Shown here piece after piece: positions 1-7,771 of a stretch of DNA of 42,358 nt (position 1 is the stretch's first letter; each line of letters starts with the position of its first letter). The stretch lies in the IMG/VR virus record IMGVR_UViG_3300025655_000079, positions 1 to 42,358 of that record; one strand, given 5' to 3'. The translations under genes and the position numbers were made by a program. The notes under the pieces were generated by a model that saw nothing but the letters and a program-made list of their open reading frames with translations, was not told the DNA's origin and did not search any database. This stretch comes from a virus (lineage: Duplodnaviria; Caudoviricetes).

Positions 1-678
1 AACAAGTTTGAGGAATGTCTTGATATTCCACCAAACGTAACGCGACGGATTCCTTTTCACCTTAACCCTTCACACATGGTTGACTATGAGACTATGCGTG
101 ATGACGCCATCATTGAAGCAACTGAAGGTGATGTAACCGCTGTGAATGCTGCGGTTATGGCACAGAAGTTACTTCAAATCGCTTCTGGTGCAGTTTATAC
201 AGAAGATGGTGAGCGTGTATTAATAGACAGTGATCGCTATCACTTGATAACTGAGTTAGTTAAAGAGCGAGATCACTCTGTAGTGTTCTTTCAGTGGAGA
301 CACCAGAAAGAACTTTTGATGGAGCTATTCGATAAAGAGAGGATAAGCTATGAAGTCATTGATGGAACTGTTCCTGACGGAAGACGAAAAGATATTGTGG
401 AGGGATACCAAGAGGGTCGTTTCCAGACTTTACTCTTGCATCCTAAATCGGCGGGTCACGGACTCACACTTACCAAAGGCAAGACAACGATCTGGGCGAG
501 TCCGATCTACCAACCAAGCCTCTTCAAACAGGCTAACCACCGTATCTACCGTGCCGGTCAAACAGAACGTACTGAAACACTTATGATCGAAGCCGTTGGT
601 ACTCTGGAAGAGAGAGTTAATGTTATCCTTGCTGAACGCTTGGATAAAATGCTCAACCTTCTGGAGTTACTGACATGA
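1..678 (+). CDS. SNF2/DEAD-like superfamily 2 DNA helicase, C-terminal (HelicC) part; 5'-truncated by the window edge
   Basis: Frame 1 is open from base 1 (NKFEECLDIPP...). Motifs VVFFQW, HPKSAGHGLTL (motif V) and QANHRIYRAGQ (motif VI) are typical of phage SNF2-like helicases. Confidence 0.9.
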   Translation, partial: NKFEECLDIPPNVTRRIPFHLNPSHMVDYETMRDDAIIEATEGDVTAVNAAVMAQKLLQIASGAVYTEDGERVLIDSDRYHLITELVKERDHSVVFFQWRHQKELLMELFDKERISYEVIDGTVPDGRRKDIVEGYQEGRFQTLLLHPKSAGHGLTLTKGKTTIWASPIYQPSLFKQANHRIYRAGQTERTETLMIEAVGTLEERVNVILAERLDKMLNLLELLT

Positions 679-842
679 CTGTGGTTTCTGAAATTGTTGA
701 ATACTTTGACACAATACAGTTGCAGAACGAGGCGGAAATCTATGTAATAGACATCCCTTTCGACCTGTACGTTGAAATGTGTGAAGAAGAAAACGTTCCC
801 GGAATTATTGAAATAAATGGGGTACAGGTGAATGTGATATGA
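675..842 (+). CDS. Small acidic hypothetical protein, 55 aa (MTVVSEIVEYFDTIQLQNEAEIYVIDIPFDLYVEMCEEENVPGIIEINGVQVNVI); not in the ORF track
   Basis: ATG 675 overlaps the helicase stop (ATGA). GGAG at 663-666 upstream. Fills the gap to TGA 840-842. Confidence 0.7.
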   Translation: MTVVSEIVEYFDTIQLQNEAEIYVIDIPFDLYVEMCEEENVPGIIEINGVQVNVI

Positions 843-944
843 AGCATATTTATTTAGCTATTGCACTTTTAACACTTACTTCGCGTTTAATAACACTAGC
901 AGGAAACCTGCGCCGCGAGGTGGACTATCATAAAAGGAGAAAAA

Positions 945-2921
945 ATGGGGTGGGGAAGCATAGTCAAACCGGAACCAGAGGACGACCGACCATTTTCACC
1001 GAGGATGGTGAATTCTACGGCTCGACCGACTACGATTTTAGGGATAGATTTTGAGACATATTATGGCCAACACTTCTCTCTCACAAAACTCTCGACCACG
1101 CAGTATGTGCGCGATTTACAAAAATCCGAAATTCACGGCGCGGCTGTCTCCGTGGACGGTGGCCAAACTACTTGGTACAGGCCAGATGACTTGGCAGAGT
1201 TTCTCAGTCACTTCGATTGGGATCGAACTGCGGTTCTGGCTCACAACGCTGCTTTCGACGGCTTTATTCTTAGTCAGCACTTTGGGATCACTCCTGCTTA
1301 TTACTACGATTCTATGAGCATGGCTCGTGGCTTACATAGTCACGACATCAGTGCGTCACTAGACGAAGTAGCCAAACATTATCTTCTCGGTGCAAAAACC
1401 CCCGGTATTCTCGCTCAAGCAAAGGGCAAGCAGTGGGATGATATGGACGATAAGTTACAAGCAGCCATGATCTACTACTGCATGAATGATGTAAACATCA
1501 TGTGGAAGATCTTTAACAAGATGCTACCAAGTTATCCACAAGATGAGCTTGATCTTATTAACATTACCATCCAAGCGTTTGCTCGTCCTTTGCTTAACGT
1601 AAATCATAATCTGGTTTACGAAGAGTGGATGCGTGAACGTGACAAGAAAGACGCGCTGATGGATAAGATCATGCACCTTTTACATCAGGAAAATCGTGTT
1701 GCCTTTGAATCAGCCTTGAGTTCGAATCCTCAGTTCGCTAAGATGCTTGAATACTTTGGAGCGGAAGCCCCATTAAAGCCAAGTCCATCTAATCCGGATA
1801 CGATGACTTATGCCTTCGCAAAAAACGATATTGCGTTCCAAAACTTGCAAGTCCATCCTGACGCAAGAGTGCGGGAGCTTGTGGAAGCAAGGCTTTCTGT
1901 CAAGTCCACAATCGGAGAGTCAAGAGCTGAAAGACTTATTCTTCACAGTAAGCCTACTCTGCCCGTCATGCTCAACTATTGTAAGGCACATACAATGCGA
2001 TGGACGGGTGGAGACAAGATTAACCCTCAGAACTTCCCCTCCTCGCGTACAGACTCGCGGATCAGGGAATCACTGATACCACCAGAAGGCTATAAGATAG
2101 TCGTAATCGACTCATCTCAGATTGAGGATCGAATGAATGCTTGGGTCTCAGGACAAAGTGATGTACTCGAAGCGTATCGAGCTAACCTCGACAACTACAA
2201 ACTCATGGCAAGTAAAATTTACGATGTCCCGGTTGACGAAGTTACCAAGTCTCAGCGATTCGTTGGAAAGGTTGCAAGGCTCGGTCTCGGCTACCAGTGC
2301 GGAGCTGCAAAGTTTACTTACATGCTCAGATCAGGCGCTATGGGACCTCCTGTACTCGAAAGCGACCTATCTGAAAAAGACATCCATCTAGCTCACAAAA
2401 AATATCGTGATGCTTCAGAGCATGTTGTGGAAAACTGGAACAGAATGTTTCGAGTTATCCAGAAAATGTATGACAACGAGACATACAACATCACATCTCA
2501 AACATCAGGCGAGGTAATTGCACAGGTTAGAGGGCAGAAGATACTGATGCCAAACGGTCTCTATTTGCATTATCCCGACTTAAAACGGATTCAATATGAT
2601 ACGGCATACGGTGAGGGAGAAGAGTTCTCATACCGTACAGGCAAGCACACCAGAGGCAAGATATATGGTGGGCTACTGGCTGAAAACCTGATCCAATGCC
2701 TTGCCCGTATTGTAGTGGGTGAGCAGATGCTTGAAATAGCGTCTCAATACCCGATTGTGATGATGACGCATGATGAGGTTGTGTACTTGGCTGAAGAAGA
2801 CGAAGCCGAGGAAGCCTACAACTTCGGATTGAGTTGTATGCGTAAAGTACCAGACTGGTGCGAAGGACTACCCATTAATGCCGATGGTGGGTGGGGCGAT
2901 AATTACGGCGAAGTTAAATAG
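945..2921 (+). CDS. polA: DNA polymerase family A with 3'-5' exonuclease domain and no 5'-3' exonuclease
   Basis: ExoI DFETY, ExoII HNAAFD, ExoIII YCMND; motif A DSSQIEDR, motif B RFVGKVARLGLGY, motif C THDEVV. Strong RBS AAAGGAGA before ATG 945. Confidence 0.95.
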   Translation: MGWGSIVKPEPEDDRPFSPRMVNSTARPTTILGIDFETYYGQHFSLTKLSTTQYVRDLQKSEIHGAAVSVDGGQTTWYRPDDLAEFLSHFDWDRTAVLAHNAAFDGFILSQHFGITPAYYYDSMSMARGLHSHDISASLDEVAKHYLLGAKTPGILAQAKGKQWDDMDDKLQAAMIYYCMNDVNIMWKIFNKMLPSYPQDELDLINITIQAFARPLLNVNHNLVYEEWMRERDKKDALMDKIMHLLHQENRVAFESALSSNPQFAKMLEYFGAEAPLKPSPSNPDTMTYAFAKNDIAFQNLQVHPDARVRELVEARLSVKSTIGESRAERLILHSKPTLPVMLNYCKAHTMRWTGGDKINPQNFPSSRTDSRIRESLIPPEGYKIVVIDSSQIEDRMNAWVSGQSDVLEAYRANLDNYKLMASKIYDVPVDEVTKSQRFVGKVARLGLGYQCGAAKFTYMLRSGAMGPPVLESDLSEKDIHLAHKKYRDASEHVVENWNRMFRVIQKMYDNETYNITSQTSGEVIAQVRGQKILMPNGLYLHYPDLKRIQYDTAYGEGEEFSYRTGKHTRGKIYGGLLAENLIQCLARIVVGEQMLEIASQYPIVMMTHDEVVYLAEEDEAEEAYNFGLSCMRKVPDWCEGLPINADGGWGDNYGEVK

Positions 2922-2930
2922 GAGATTCAA

Positions 2931-3335
2931 ATGTTAAATGAAGTGTTGCAAGATGATACACCTCTAGGTACAATGATTGACAAGTTGAGTGACTTGCGTG
3001 TTCAAAAAGCAGGACTGACCTCGCAAATGAATCAACTGAACGAGGAGATTGAGGACTTGGAGTACCGGATTCGGGACACCATGAACGCAATCGGAATCGA
3101 TAAAGCCTCTGGTAAGGATATTAACGTCACTCCAAAGACGGAAGATTATCCAACCTTCGAGGACTCTGAAGAATTTCTTGATTGGGCAAGTTCCACGGGG
3201 AACCTCCACATGCTACAGAAGCGTCTGTCAGCTCCGGCTGTCAGGGAATATCTGTCTCTGCATGATGGTGAATTACCTCCGGGACTTAAGACTTTCGAGA
3301 AATTCACACTATCTGTAACTAAAAGGAGATCATAA
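2931..3335 (+). CDS. Conserved phage replication-region protein with N-terminal coiled coil
   Basis: RBS AGGAG at 2920. Heptad-like N-terminus and C-terminal ELPPGL..F.K..LSV pattern that I recognise from genes preceding phage SSBs. Confidence 0.7.
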   Translation: MLNEVLQDDTPLGTMIDKLSDLRVQKAGLTSQMNQLNEEIEDLEYRIRDTMNAIGIDKASGKDINVTPKTEDYPTFEDSEEFLDWASSTGNLHMLQKRLSAPAVREYLSLHDGELPPGLKTFEKFTLSVTKRRS

Positions 3336-4027
3336 TGGCGAAACAAGAAGTCGCTGAAGTAAACCAAACCTCTAATCTGCCTGCTTCAATTCAGCAGGAA
3401 ATTCTGGAACTGCAAAAGCGTGTGCAGGCTCCAACCGGAAGCCGTATTTCTGTTATGAATAACGGTAAGTTCAAAGTACCGGGTATTGGCGAAGTAGAAG
3501 GTCCGATCGATGTAATCGTCGTTCAGTTCGCTGCTGCCAATTATCTGTACAAAGGCGCATATCGTAAAGATAACCCACAGCCACCTGTGTGTGCCGCTGT
3601 AGGTAAAGGCACTAACGATGACCTTATCCCTGCTGAAAACGCTCCTGAAATCCAAGCAGATGACTGTAAGACCTGCCCAATGAACCAGTTTGGTTCTAAT
3701 GGCAATGGTAAAGCCTGTAAGAACATGAAGATGGTAGCTCTGCTTCCTGCTGATGCCGGTGAGGGTAATGAGTCAGATATTATGACCATCTCTGTGTCAC
3801 CTACGGGTATCAAGGACTTTGACTCCACAATCAGCAAAATTGCAGGTATGGGTCGCTTACCACGCCAGTTGGTAATGTCCATGTACACTAAAGCCGCAGG
3901 TAATTCAGATGCCAAGACCGTAGCGTTTGGTGATCCTCGTCCTCTGACTGATGAGCAGTTTGCGTATGTAAACTCTCGTCTGCAAGACGCTGAAAACATC
4001 CTGTTGGCCCCACCAAAGTTTGACTGA
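3335..4027 (+). CDS. Putative single-stranded DNA-binding/annealing protein, Cys-rich (probable Zn site)
   Basis: PVC...CKTCPMNQFGS..GKACKN pattern. RBS AAAGGAGAT, TAATG coupling, replication-module position. Confidence 0.65.
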   Translation: MAKQEVAEVNQTSNLPASIQQEILELQKRVQAPTGSRISVMNNGKFKVPGIGEVEGPIDVIVVQFAAANYLYKGAYRKDNPQPPVCAAVGKGTNDDLIPAENAPEIQADDCKTCPMNQFGSNGNGKACKNMKMVALLPADAGEGNESDIMTISVSPTGIKDFDSTISKIAGMGRLPRQLVMSMYTKAAGNSDAKTVAFGDPRPLTDEQFAYVNSRLQDAENILLAPPKFD

Positions 4028-4263
4028 TGTTACCAACTGTCCGTAAACATATCGTTGCGGATGTGCTCTCGTCTTATCGAGGGCTAACCAACAACATAAC
4101 GCAGCTCAGTCTTGCTGAGCTGTATTATGCTCTGGATCTCGAAATCGACACAAGGCGTAGACCTTCAGCCTTAGACAGGCTAATCAAGCGCATTGTGTCG
4201 GTTGAGAGTTCTAATTTACGTGAAAAATTAAGGAGAAAAGTTCATGGCTCGCAAGCCCTCTAA
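4027..4263 (+). CDS. Hypothetical protein, 78 aa
   Basis: TGATG coupling to the upstream stop; helical, L...E....RR...L.RL pattern. Confidence 0.7.
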   Translation: MLPTVRKHIVADVLSSYRGLTNNITQLSLAELYYALDLEIDTRRRPSALDRLIKRIVSVESSNLREKLRRKVHGSQAL

Positions 4264-4480
4264 AGTATTAACTGCTACACAAGCTAAGATGAAAGACCAG
4301 ATTCTTGAGAACAAAGCTGAGATCAAGAACCTGCGTGATGACCTGAAAGAAGCCAAGGCTAAAGCCCGGGAATCAATGAAAGTAGCCAAAGCTGATGAAA
4401 AGCACGCTCTTTCTATTTCCAAGCAGATCGAAAAGCTGAATCTTCAGAACGTCCGTCTGGACGACAAGGTTAATGGCTAA
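4244..4480 (+). CDS. Lys-rich coiled-coil hypothetical protein, 78 aa
   Basis: RBS AAGGAG at about 4230; heptad pattern; very Lys-rich. Confidence 0.75.
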   Translation: MARKPSKVLTATQAKMKDQILENKAEIKNLRDDLKEAKAKARESMKVAKADEKHALSISKQIEKLNLQNVRLDDKVNG

Positions 4481-4868
4481 ACCTGAAGCTAACTATATCA
4501 AGCGTGTACACAATCAGTTAAATAACTCTGTGTACACGCAGGGTATGGGGCTTACCGCCACTAACGGCACACCGGATAACTACTACGAGGGGCATAACGG
4601 TATTCTCTGGGTGGAATATAAATATGTTCAAACTCCTCCTCGTACGTTGAATTTATCCACTTCAACTCACCCTAAACTATCCAAACTTCAACTACGGTGG
4701 CTACGTAGAGCCGCCAAGAATAACGTCAAGACCGCAGTTATTATGGGTACTGATAGTGGGGGATACATTTTCACAGTAGAGGACTTGAAGAAAGACATAG
4801 TCCTTAAAGATGTGGGGATGACGCCTCGACAAGTAGCAGAATGGATAGAAGTTATGGTACTTGGATAA
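4473..4868 (+). CDS. VRR-NUC / PD-(D/E)xK nuclease (Holliday-junction-resolvase-like)
   Basis: E near the N-terminus, GTPD, WVEYK and KLSKLQ..W motifs. Confidence 0.85.
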   Translation: MAKPEANYIKRVHNQLNNSVYTQGMGLTATNGTPDNYYEGHNGILWVEYKYVQTPPRTLNLSTSTHPKLSKLQLRWLRRAAKNNVKTAVIMGTDSGGYIFTVEDLKKDIVLKDVGMTPRQVAEWIEVMVLG

Positions 4869-5116
4869 TGGACAAAACAGACAGACAAACTTACCTTGAT
4901 AACTGGAACTTCCTCAAAAATTCCATGCAGGCCGACAACGTGCAGTTATTGCCCGTTGTGGATAAGGAAGGAAATAAACGTGTTGCGATATGCCACGTAG
5001 AAGGGGAAACCTTTGTTCCAATGGCCATTATGATATGGGACAACCCTTTTGATCTTTTTCAGCCGGATGTAGGTCTTCTGGAAGAAAAAGATCAACCTAA
5101 AATAATCGTTCCTTGA
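4868..5116 (+). CDS. Hypothetical protein, 82 aa (start revised from 4841 to 4868)
   Basis: TAATG overlap with the nuclease stop gives MDKTDRQ...; last gene of the + arm. Confidence 0.7.
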   Translation: MDKTDRQTYLDNWNFLKNSMQADNVQLLPVVDKEGNKRVAICHVEGETFVPMAIMIWDNPFDLFQPDVGLLEEKDQPKIIVP

Positions 5117-5141
5117 CTAAAAAACATATTCCTCATAAACT
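5113..5141 (+). promoter_or_regulatory. Sigma70-type promoter
   Basis: TTGACT (5113-5118), exactly 17 nt spacer, TAAACT (5136-5141). No + strand gene downstream before the terminator. Confidence 0.7.
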
Positions 5142-5147
5142 TCAAAG

Positions 5148-5224
5148 CACATATTGAATCTCCTTTAATGTGTGAATGAAGTGTACTTCTAACCCCGACT
5201 TCTCGCGTTGTCGGGGTTTTTTTT
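5148..5224 (+). ncRNA. Putative small regulatory RNA (about 78 nt) with an anti-Shine-Dalgarno loop
   Basis: Begins 6-7 nt after the -10 box. 11-bp stem 5148-5158/5164-5174 with two G-U pairs and loop UCUCC; mini-hairpin GAAG-TGTA-CTTC at 5178-5189; intrinsic terminator at the 3' end. Confidence 0.55.
5191..5224 (+). terminator. Rho-independent terminator at the convergence of the two arms
   Basis: AACCCCGAC-loop-GTCGGGGTT followed by a T-run to 5224. The minus-strand U-tract is weak. Confidence 0.9.
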
Positions 5225-5225
5225 G

Positions 5226-5267
5226 TCAGCACTTCTTGCCGCCGCCGCCTTTCTTACCTTTTGCCAT
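5226..5267 (-). CDS. Basic micro-peptide MAKGKKGGGGKKC (13 aa); not in the ORF track
   Basis: ATG overlaps the upstream stop (TGATG); GAGGT RBS 8 nt upstream; stop abuts the terminator. Confidence 0.6.
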   Translation of the reverse strand: MAKGKKGGGGKKC

Positions 5268-5926
5268 CAGTATTTACCTCTTATTAGTGGATCAAAATAT
5301 CCTTTAGCGCGTATACCTTCAACTACTTCAGGAATAATTTTGCGGTTTTGCATCTGTTCTTGCATACGACGAATAGTACCTTGGCCGTCGTTAATATCAT
5401 CAACAGCATTGGCTGTTTCTGCTGCGGCTATAGCAACCTGTGCTTCCTTCGCCTTTGAAACTGAATCCGCAGCATTCTTTCCTTTGTTCCACCAGTTGTA
5501 CGCCCTTTCTGCTAATTTTTCCATACGTCGTTGTTTTAGTGCGTCACCCAAAGACTCGCCAACTTTACTTATGGCTTCCGCCTGATGCGCTGCCTTTTCC
5601 ATTCTTTTACTTCTTTCGATAGCACGCTGTTGCTTCTCAAAGCGTTTTTTTCTTCCTGATTTCTTAGCTACCTTCGCTGATAGTAACTCATAATCCTTAG
5701 TTATTTCTGCTGCCTCTTTAGTAGCAGGTCCTCTGCCACGGAAAGTTTTTCTAGCAGTCCTTCTCGCTACATTTTCATACAGATTAGTTTGCGGGGCTCT
5801 TGGTAATATTTTAGGTCCGGGGATAGCCATCAAACCTGTAGTTAGCGCCAAGTCCTGTTGCGCTGCACGCAAATCTCCGCCCTTTACCCGCTGAGCGTAA
5901 TCAAAAAGTAATGTTCCACTTGCCAT
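5267..5926 (-). CDS. Basic, helical hypothetical protein, 219 aa (start revised to ATG 5926)
   Basis: AGGAG RBS before MASGTLL; K/R/A-rich. Confidence 0.75.
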   Translation of the reverse strand: MASGTLLFDYAQRVKGGDLRAAQQDLALTTGLMAIPGPKILPRAPQTNLYENVARRTARKTFRGRGPATKEAAEITKDYELLSAKVAKKSGRKKRFEKQQRAIERSKRMEKAAHQAEAISKVGESLGDALKQRRMEKLAERAYNWWNKGKNAADSVSKAKEAQVAIAAAETANAVDDINDGQGTIRRMQEQMQNRKIIPEVVEGIRAKGYFDPLIRGKY

Positions 5927-5970
5927 TTCTGGTCTCCTATTAAAACGAATAGTCAAAGACTGGTGCTGCT

Positions 5971-6393
5971 CTAGCCATTATATTCCCCGGTTTTCATAAT
6001 TTCAGACAGCTCAACAGCTCTATTGCCTACTTGGTCTGCCCATTTACTGTCTAACATTTCCAGTGCAGCTTGCTCGTAATCCCTTGAGGATATAGCAGCC
6101 CACATCTTCTTGAATCGGCTAATTCCAACTAACCCAAGATTAAATACCATATTAACGAGGACATAGTAACGATTGCTATCAAGCTCATGAACGATGGGAA
6201 AATGAGTTCCCAAGTCTCTAGCAGCCTTATCCACGTCATTCCGCATAAGAAGCATTGCTTCATCTAAACTAATCCCGTTTGAGTCTAAATTCCTACCCAC
6301 ACCAATTGTGTTAAATCCTTCCGAACACTTGTACAGGCTCAGTCGCACACCCTCATGGCGCATTAACATATTTTCAAAGTCGTCGCTCGTCAT
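5971..6393 (-). CDS. Endolysin, T4-lysozyme-like muramidase (GH24), 140 aa
   Basis: HEG.RL..YKC..G..TIGVG (E-x8-C-x5-T triad), NMVFNLG, MLDSKWA.QV..RA..L. ATGA coupling at 6390-6393. Confidence 0.92.
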   Translation of the reverse strand: MTSDDFENMLMRHEGVRLSLYKCSEGFNTIGVGRNLDSNGISLDEAMLLMRNDVDKAARDLGTHFPIVHELDSNRYYVLVNMVFNLGLVGISRFKKMWAAISSRDYEQAALEMLDSKWADQVGNRAVELSEIMKTGEYNG

Positions 6394-6722
6394 CCACCTA
6401 ATCCCAATTTTAACCCCGCACCCGCAACAATTAGCCCAATAACTATCCATGCCGCCTTTTGGTACAGATCAGCTTTCACTGACCACCTTACTTCATCCAT
6501 TGCTTCCCGCTGCCTTATTACCTTCTCATGGTACAACCTGTGCCCATAAGGGTCTTCCTTTGGGAATGCCTTTTTTATATCATCCATGCACCTTTGTATG
6601 GCCTCAACCTTTTTATCTACATCATCCTGCCGTTCAAAAAGGTGCATCATGTAATCCGCTACATCATGCAGCCCATTATCCTTCAGGGATGATATTAGCC
6701 GTACTTGCTCCATGTTCGCCAT
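6390..6722 (-). CDS. Lysis-block membrane protein with a C-terminal TM helix
   Basis: AAWIVIGLIVAGAGLKLGLGG C-terminus; AAGGTG RBS before ATG 6722; directly upstream of the endolysin. Confidence 0.7.
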   Translation of the reverse strand: MANMEQVRLISSLKDNGLHDVADYMMHLFERQDDVDKKVEAIQRCMDDIKKAFPKEDPYGHRLYHEKVIRQREAMDEVRWSVKADLYQKAAWIVIGLIVAGAGLKLGLGG

Positions 6723-6963
6723 TGGTGTCACCTTGCGTGGCCTTAATAGCCTTCAGCATTTCACTGTTAAAGTTAAGAATACTCTCATTAAGCTGTTTTT
6801 GCTGCGTGTACAGGGCTTTTTGCTCCTTCTGAAGCTCCCTTATCCCCGATATATTTGCGTCTTGCTCCCTCTGCCAGTCCATTGCATAAAGGATAGTCGC
6901 ACCAAGGGCTGCTGCAATGGCGAAAACAATCTTCTCTAGTAGGGACAAATGCGACTGAGTCAT
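6676..6963 (-). CDS. Membrane protein, N-terminal TM plus coiled coil
   Basis: IVFAIAAALGATILYAM followed by heptads; ATGA coupling at 6960-6963. Confidence 0.7.
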   Translation of the reverse strand: MTQSHLSLLEKIVFAIAAALGATILYAMDWQREQDANISGIRELQKEQKALYTQQKQLNESILNFNSEMLKAIKATQGDTNGEHGASTANIIPEG

Positions 6964-7277
6964 CTGATTTTCCCCCAAATTGCGACTCCAAATACATATA
7001 ATTTCCGTGTTATGTAAGGTATTCCATCTAGTTCTAATTGCGCTTCAAAACGCTCCTGCGCGTGTTCCCATGAGTGTCCTTCTGACAACAGGTAGTCATG
7101 GACGAGGGCGGCGTTGAACCCACAACCCGTAGGTACGGCGAACCACCTAAGACCCCGCGGGACGGTAATTCCATCGGAGATAAACCCCATAGGGACAGTG
7201 ATCCCGCACTCTGCATGGAAATCTTCCATAAGCATAAACTGCTGATAACTTATGCGTTGCAGGAGAAGCGGAGTCAT
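6960..7277 (-). CDS. DUF1353-like protein
   Basis: VPMGFISDG.TVP and AALVHDYL motifs. Confidence 0.8.
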   Translation of the reverse strand: MTPLLLQRISYQQFMLMEDFHAECGITVPMGFISDGITVPRGLRWFAVPTGCGFNAALVHDYLLSEGHSWEHAQERFEAQLELDGIPYITRKLYVFGVAIWGKIR

Positions 7278-7768
7278 CTGTTTTCATCCTCATGGTCGTG
7301 CATTTTCTTCCATTTATCATGCTCTAACAGCAGAACGTCGTACTCTTTGCGTATGTGCATTAAGTGTTTGTCCATGTTAATTTGTTTATCCTCTACTGCC
7401 TTGATACGACCGAGAACTGATACTAGATCACGGTTGGCATCGTCTTTTGTATAGTTTGTGCTCATAGCCATATTAATCTGGTTCTTGACCTCGCTAAGTC
7501 GGCTCTCTATTGTCGAACTGGACGAGCTTAACTTGATGATATTTTCTCGGCTTTCGAGCGTGGACGTACCAACCCATGCAAGAATGCCTAGAATCAGCGT
7601 ACTAAATATTGTTTGGAAGTGTTTTTCCAACGCCCCCTTCTCAGGTGAGCCCTGTAGTGCAGCTACGGCCTTACCTATCTCATGCACCTGTGCTTGTAGC
7701 ACAGATAAATTCGGATCATAGGCGCGTTGCCGATCCTCCGCCCTGCGGTGCATTTGCTGTTCTTCCAT
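7274..7768 (-). CDS. Membrane protein, central TM plus coiled coil
   Basis: TIFSTLILGILAWVG followed by long heptads; AGGTGAG RBS. Confidence 0.75.
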   Translation of the reverse strand: MEEQQMHRRAEDRQRAYDPNLSVLQAQVHEIGKAVAALQGSPEKGALEKHFQTIFSTLILGILAWVGTSTLESRENIIKLSSSSSTIESRLSEVKNQINMAMSTNYTKDDANRDLVSVLGRIKAVEDKQINMDKHLMHIRKEYDVLLLEHDKWKKMHDHEDENR

Positions 7769-7771
7769 GTC

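Noticed and set aside
861-891. Sigma70 promoter for polA (TTGCAC ... TTTAAT)
   Set aside because: The spacing is 19 nt and both boxes are imperfect, too weak to list as a feature.
945-2921. Calling the polymerase DpoZ (2-aminoadenine genome)
   Set aside because: Leu762 and the lack of a 5'-exonuclease are not diagnostic, and purZ is not in this window.
5208-5622. Plus-strand ORFs of 125 and 60 aa
   Set aside because: The first starts inside the terminator; both are antisense shadows of the 219-aa gene with no RBS.
6394-6450. Cys-rich N-terminal extension of the endolysin (MDSYWANCCGCG...), possible SAR or lipoprotein signal
   Set aside because: It overlaps the upstream gene's TM-coding end; the ATGA-coupled start at 6393 gives a normal-length lysozyme.
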